DNA of 7,469 nucleotides from a virus (Duplodnaviria; Heunggongvirae; Uroviricota; Caudoviricetes): IMG/VR virus record IMGVR_UViG_2541047174_000016; one strand, 5' to 3'. Shown piece by piece: positions 6,431 to 7,469 of this stretch (position 1 is its first letter; each line of letters starts with the position of its first letter). The notes under the pieces were generated by a model. It saw only the letters and a program-made list of their open reading frames with translations, ran no database searches and was not told where the DNA came from. The position numbers and the translations under genes were made by a program.

Positions 6431-6510
6431 CACTTAGTTTTTGCCAGTTCGCAGGATTTCGTGTTATCCGCCAGTGTGAGCAAACCGCATTTTTCAGCAA
6501 AATATTCTGC

Positions 6511-7044
6511 TTATCTGTCAATTCCCCAGCACGCCAGCGCGCTCTCCTGGTCACGCCGTGAAACCTGACCGTAGCAGTTGTTTGAGCGAATACGGCAGTC
6601 TCTGCCACCGTCCTTAATCCACCAGCGAATCGCCTCACACGCTCCCCTGCGATCGCCTGCATTAAGCCGCTTATAAAACGTCGACGGGAAACACTTACCG
6701 GGGCCAATGTTATAGGGGCAAAATGACGCGATACCTGCTTTTTGTGGCTCGGTCAGTGGAACTTTTATATTACGCTCCACCCATGCCAGCGCCTTATCCC
6801 GTTCGATAGCGTTAACCCGGTCGCATTTTTCCTTCGACAGCTTCATGCCAGGAATCACAGGCTTACCATCCACCCGGGTGGCTCCACGGCAGATGGTCCA
6901 GATACCCGCACCATCACGGTATGCCGTGGTGTGGTTACCTTCCTTTTCATCCAGAAACTGGTCGAGGATTTCAGGCGCAGAAGCACCTGCGGCAATCAGC
7001 GCCAGAACGGCAGCCGACAGGCCGTATCTGATTTTTGCGTTCAT
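6511..7044 (-). CDS. R: SAR endolysin (T4-lysozyme-family muramidase with N-terminal signal-arrest-release domain)
   Basis: 177-aa product with a weakly hydrophobic Gly/Ala-rich N-terminal segment (YGLSAAVLALIAAGASAP), characteristic of SAR domains. The catalytic triad spacing E35-x8-D44-x5-T50 (EGNHTTAYRDGAGIWT) matches the phage lysozyme family. Length equals the K-12 Qin RrrQ-type lysozyme, from memory. Confidence 0.9.
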   Translation of the reverse strand: MNAKIRYGLSAAVLALIAAGASAPEILDQFLDEKEGNHTTAYRDGAGIWTICRGATRVDGKPVIPGMKLSKEKCDRVNAIERDKALAWVERNIKVPLTEPQKAGIASFCPYNIGPGKCFPSTFYKRLNAGDRRGACEAIRWWIKDGGRDCRIRSNNCYGQVSRRDQESALACWGIDR

Positions 7045-7094
7045 GGATATTTATCAGGGTTTATCGATTTCAAATCCCTGGATATGTTAAGTCT

Positions 7095-7442
7095 TCAGGC
7101 CAGCGGTGGAGTCTTCAGAGAACCCGTAATTATTCCCGGTAGTTTTCCTCTGTAGGTTATCAACACATCCTGCGCCTCTAAAATTACGGGACGCTTTTCC
7201 GGTAACGGACCATCCCCTTCACATAACCCGGCAGCAACATCCATGAAAAACTGCTTCGCCTGCTTTTTCGCCTCAGCTTCGTAAAACTCCAGCGTGGCAC
7301 CTTCAGTACGGTCAAGACTAATCGCCACATCTGGCAACAACAGTGACGGATACCCACCAATTTCCAGTGCCACAGTAACAGTAATCTTATCCGGGTAATT
7401 ATTTATCCCTTTAACAACCAGTTCGTATTTTTTCTTCATCAC
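7095..7442 (-). CDS. Small conserved prophage protein between holin and endolysin (YdfR / DUF1327-like), function unknown
   Basis: 115-aa ORF (GTG 7442 or ATG 7439) preceded by GGGGAGAG. No TM segments. Its position between an S21-type holin and a SAR endolysin mirrors essQ-ydfR-rrrQ in the K-12 Qin prophage as I recall it. The family call is from memory, not a search. Confidence 0.55.
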   Translation of the reverse strand: MMKKKYELVVKGINNYPDKITVTVALEIGGYPSLLLPDVAISLDRTEGATLEFYEAEAKKQAKQFFMDVAAGLCEGDGPLPEKRPVILEAQDVLITYRGKLPGIITGSLKTPPLA

Positions 7443-7443
7443 T

Positions 7444-7469
7444 TTACTCTCCCCGCGCCGCCTTACGCC
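7444..7469 (-). CDS. S: 3' end of an S21/EssD-type pinholin gene (partial; gene begins beyond the right edge)
   Basis: Minus-strand translation of 7469..7447 gives ...RKAARGE followed by TAA (7446..7444). This matches the C-terminus of phage 21 S / EssD (...YFKIREDRRKAARGE) from memory. Only 7 codons are visible. Confidence 0.5.

Noticed and set aside
6173..6433. 86-aa version of mini-ORF A starting at GTG 6433, as listed in the ORF track
   Set aside because: The extension would be translated through the 13-bp terminator stem and has no ribosome-binding site. The internal ATG at 6355 with an AGGGAG Shine-Dalgarno is a far more plausible start.
6018..6437. ORFs 6018-6248 (minus, 76 aa) and 6069-6437 (plus, 122 aa) across the insert
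   Set aside because: They are in the wrong frame or antisense relative to the two mini-ORFs that have proper Shine-Dalgarno sequences and coupling; no start-site support. I cannot fully exclude the 122-aa plus-strand ORF, but its translation is featureless.
6364..7155. ORFs overlapping the endolysin gene (6364-6561 plus, 6426-6707 minus, 6742-7155 plus, 6845-7090 plus)
   Set aside because: They overlap the confidently identified SAR endolysin gene in other frames or antisense; their translations are Arg/Pro-rich noise.
1..7469. tRNA, rRNA or other structured RNA genes
   Set aside because: No cloverleaf-like or rRNA-like segments were evident on reading; the only strong RNA-like structures are the two hairpins already listed.

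Overview
This window is the late region of a lambdoid enterobacterial prophage, with almost everything on the minus strand (transcribed right to left). In order: the 3' end of an S21-type pinholin gene, a small YdfR/DUF1327-like gene, a SAR-type endolysin (R), an unusual ~490-bp insert, the spanin genes Rz with embedded Rz1, the lambda bor lipoprotein gene on the plus strand, a ~400-bp AT-rich spacer, and a headful-type packaging module (terS, terL, portal). The left ~270 bp look like the end of an insertion sequence whose terminus abuts or overwrites the 3' end of the portal gene. The most interesting candidate is the insert between R and Rz: a perfect 13-bp bidirectional terminator hairpin followed by two tiny, tightly coupled, in-frame membrane-peptide ORFs, possibly a lysis-timing or toxin-like module. 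A second candidate is a 4 x 12-bp tandem repeat inside terS carrying four TGATC(G/A) Dam-site hexamers, reminiscent of the phage P1 pac site. All family assignments rest on reading the translations and on recalled sequences; no database search was run.
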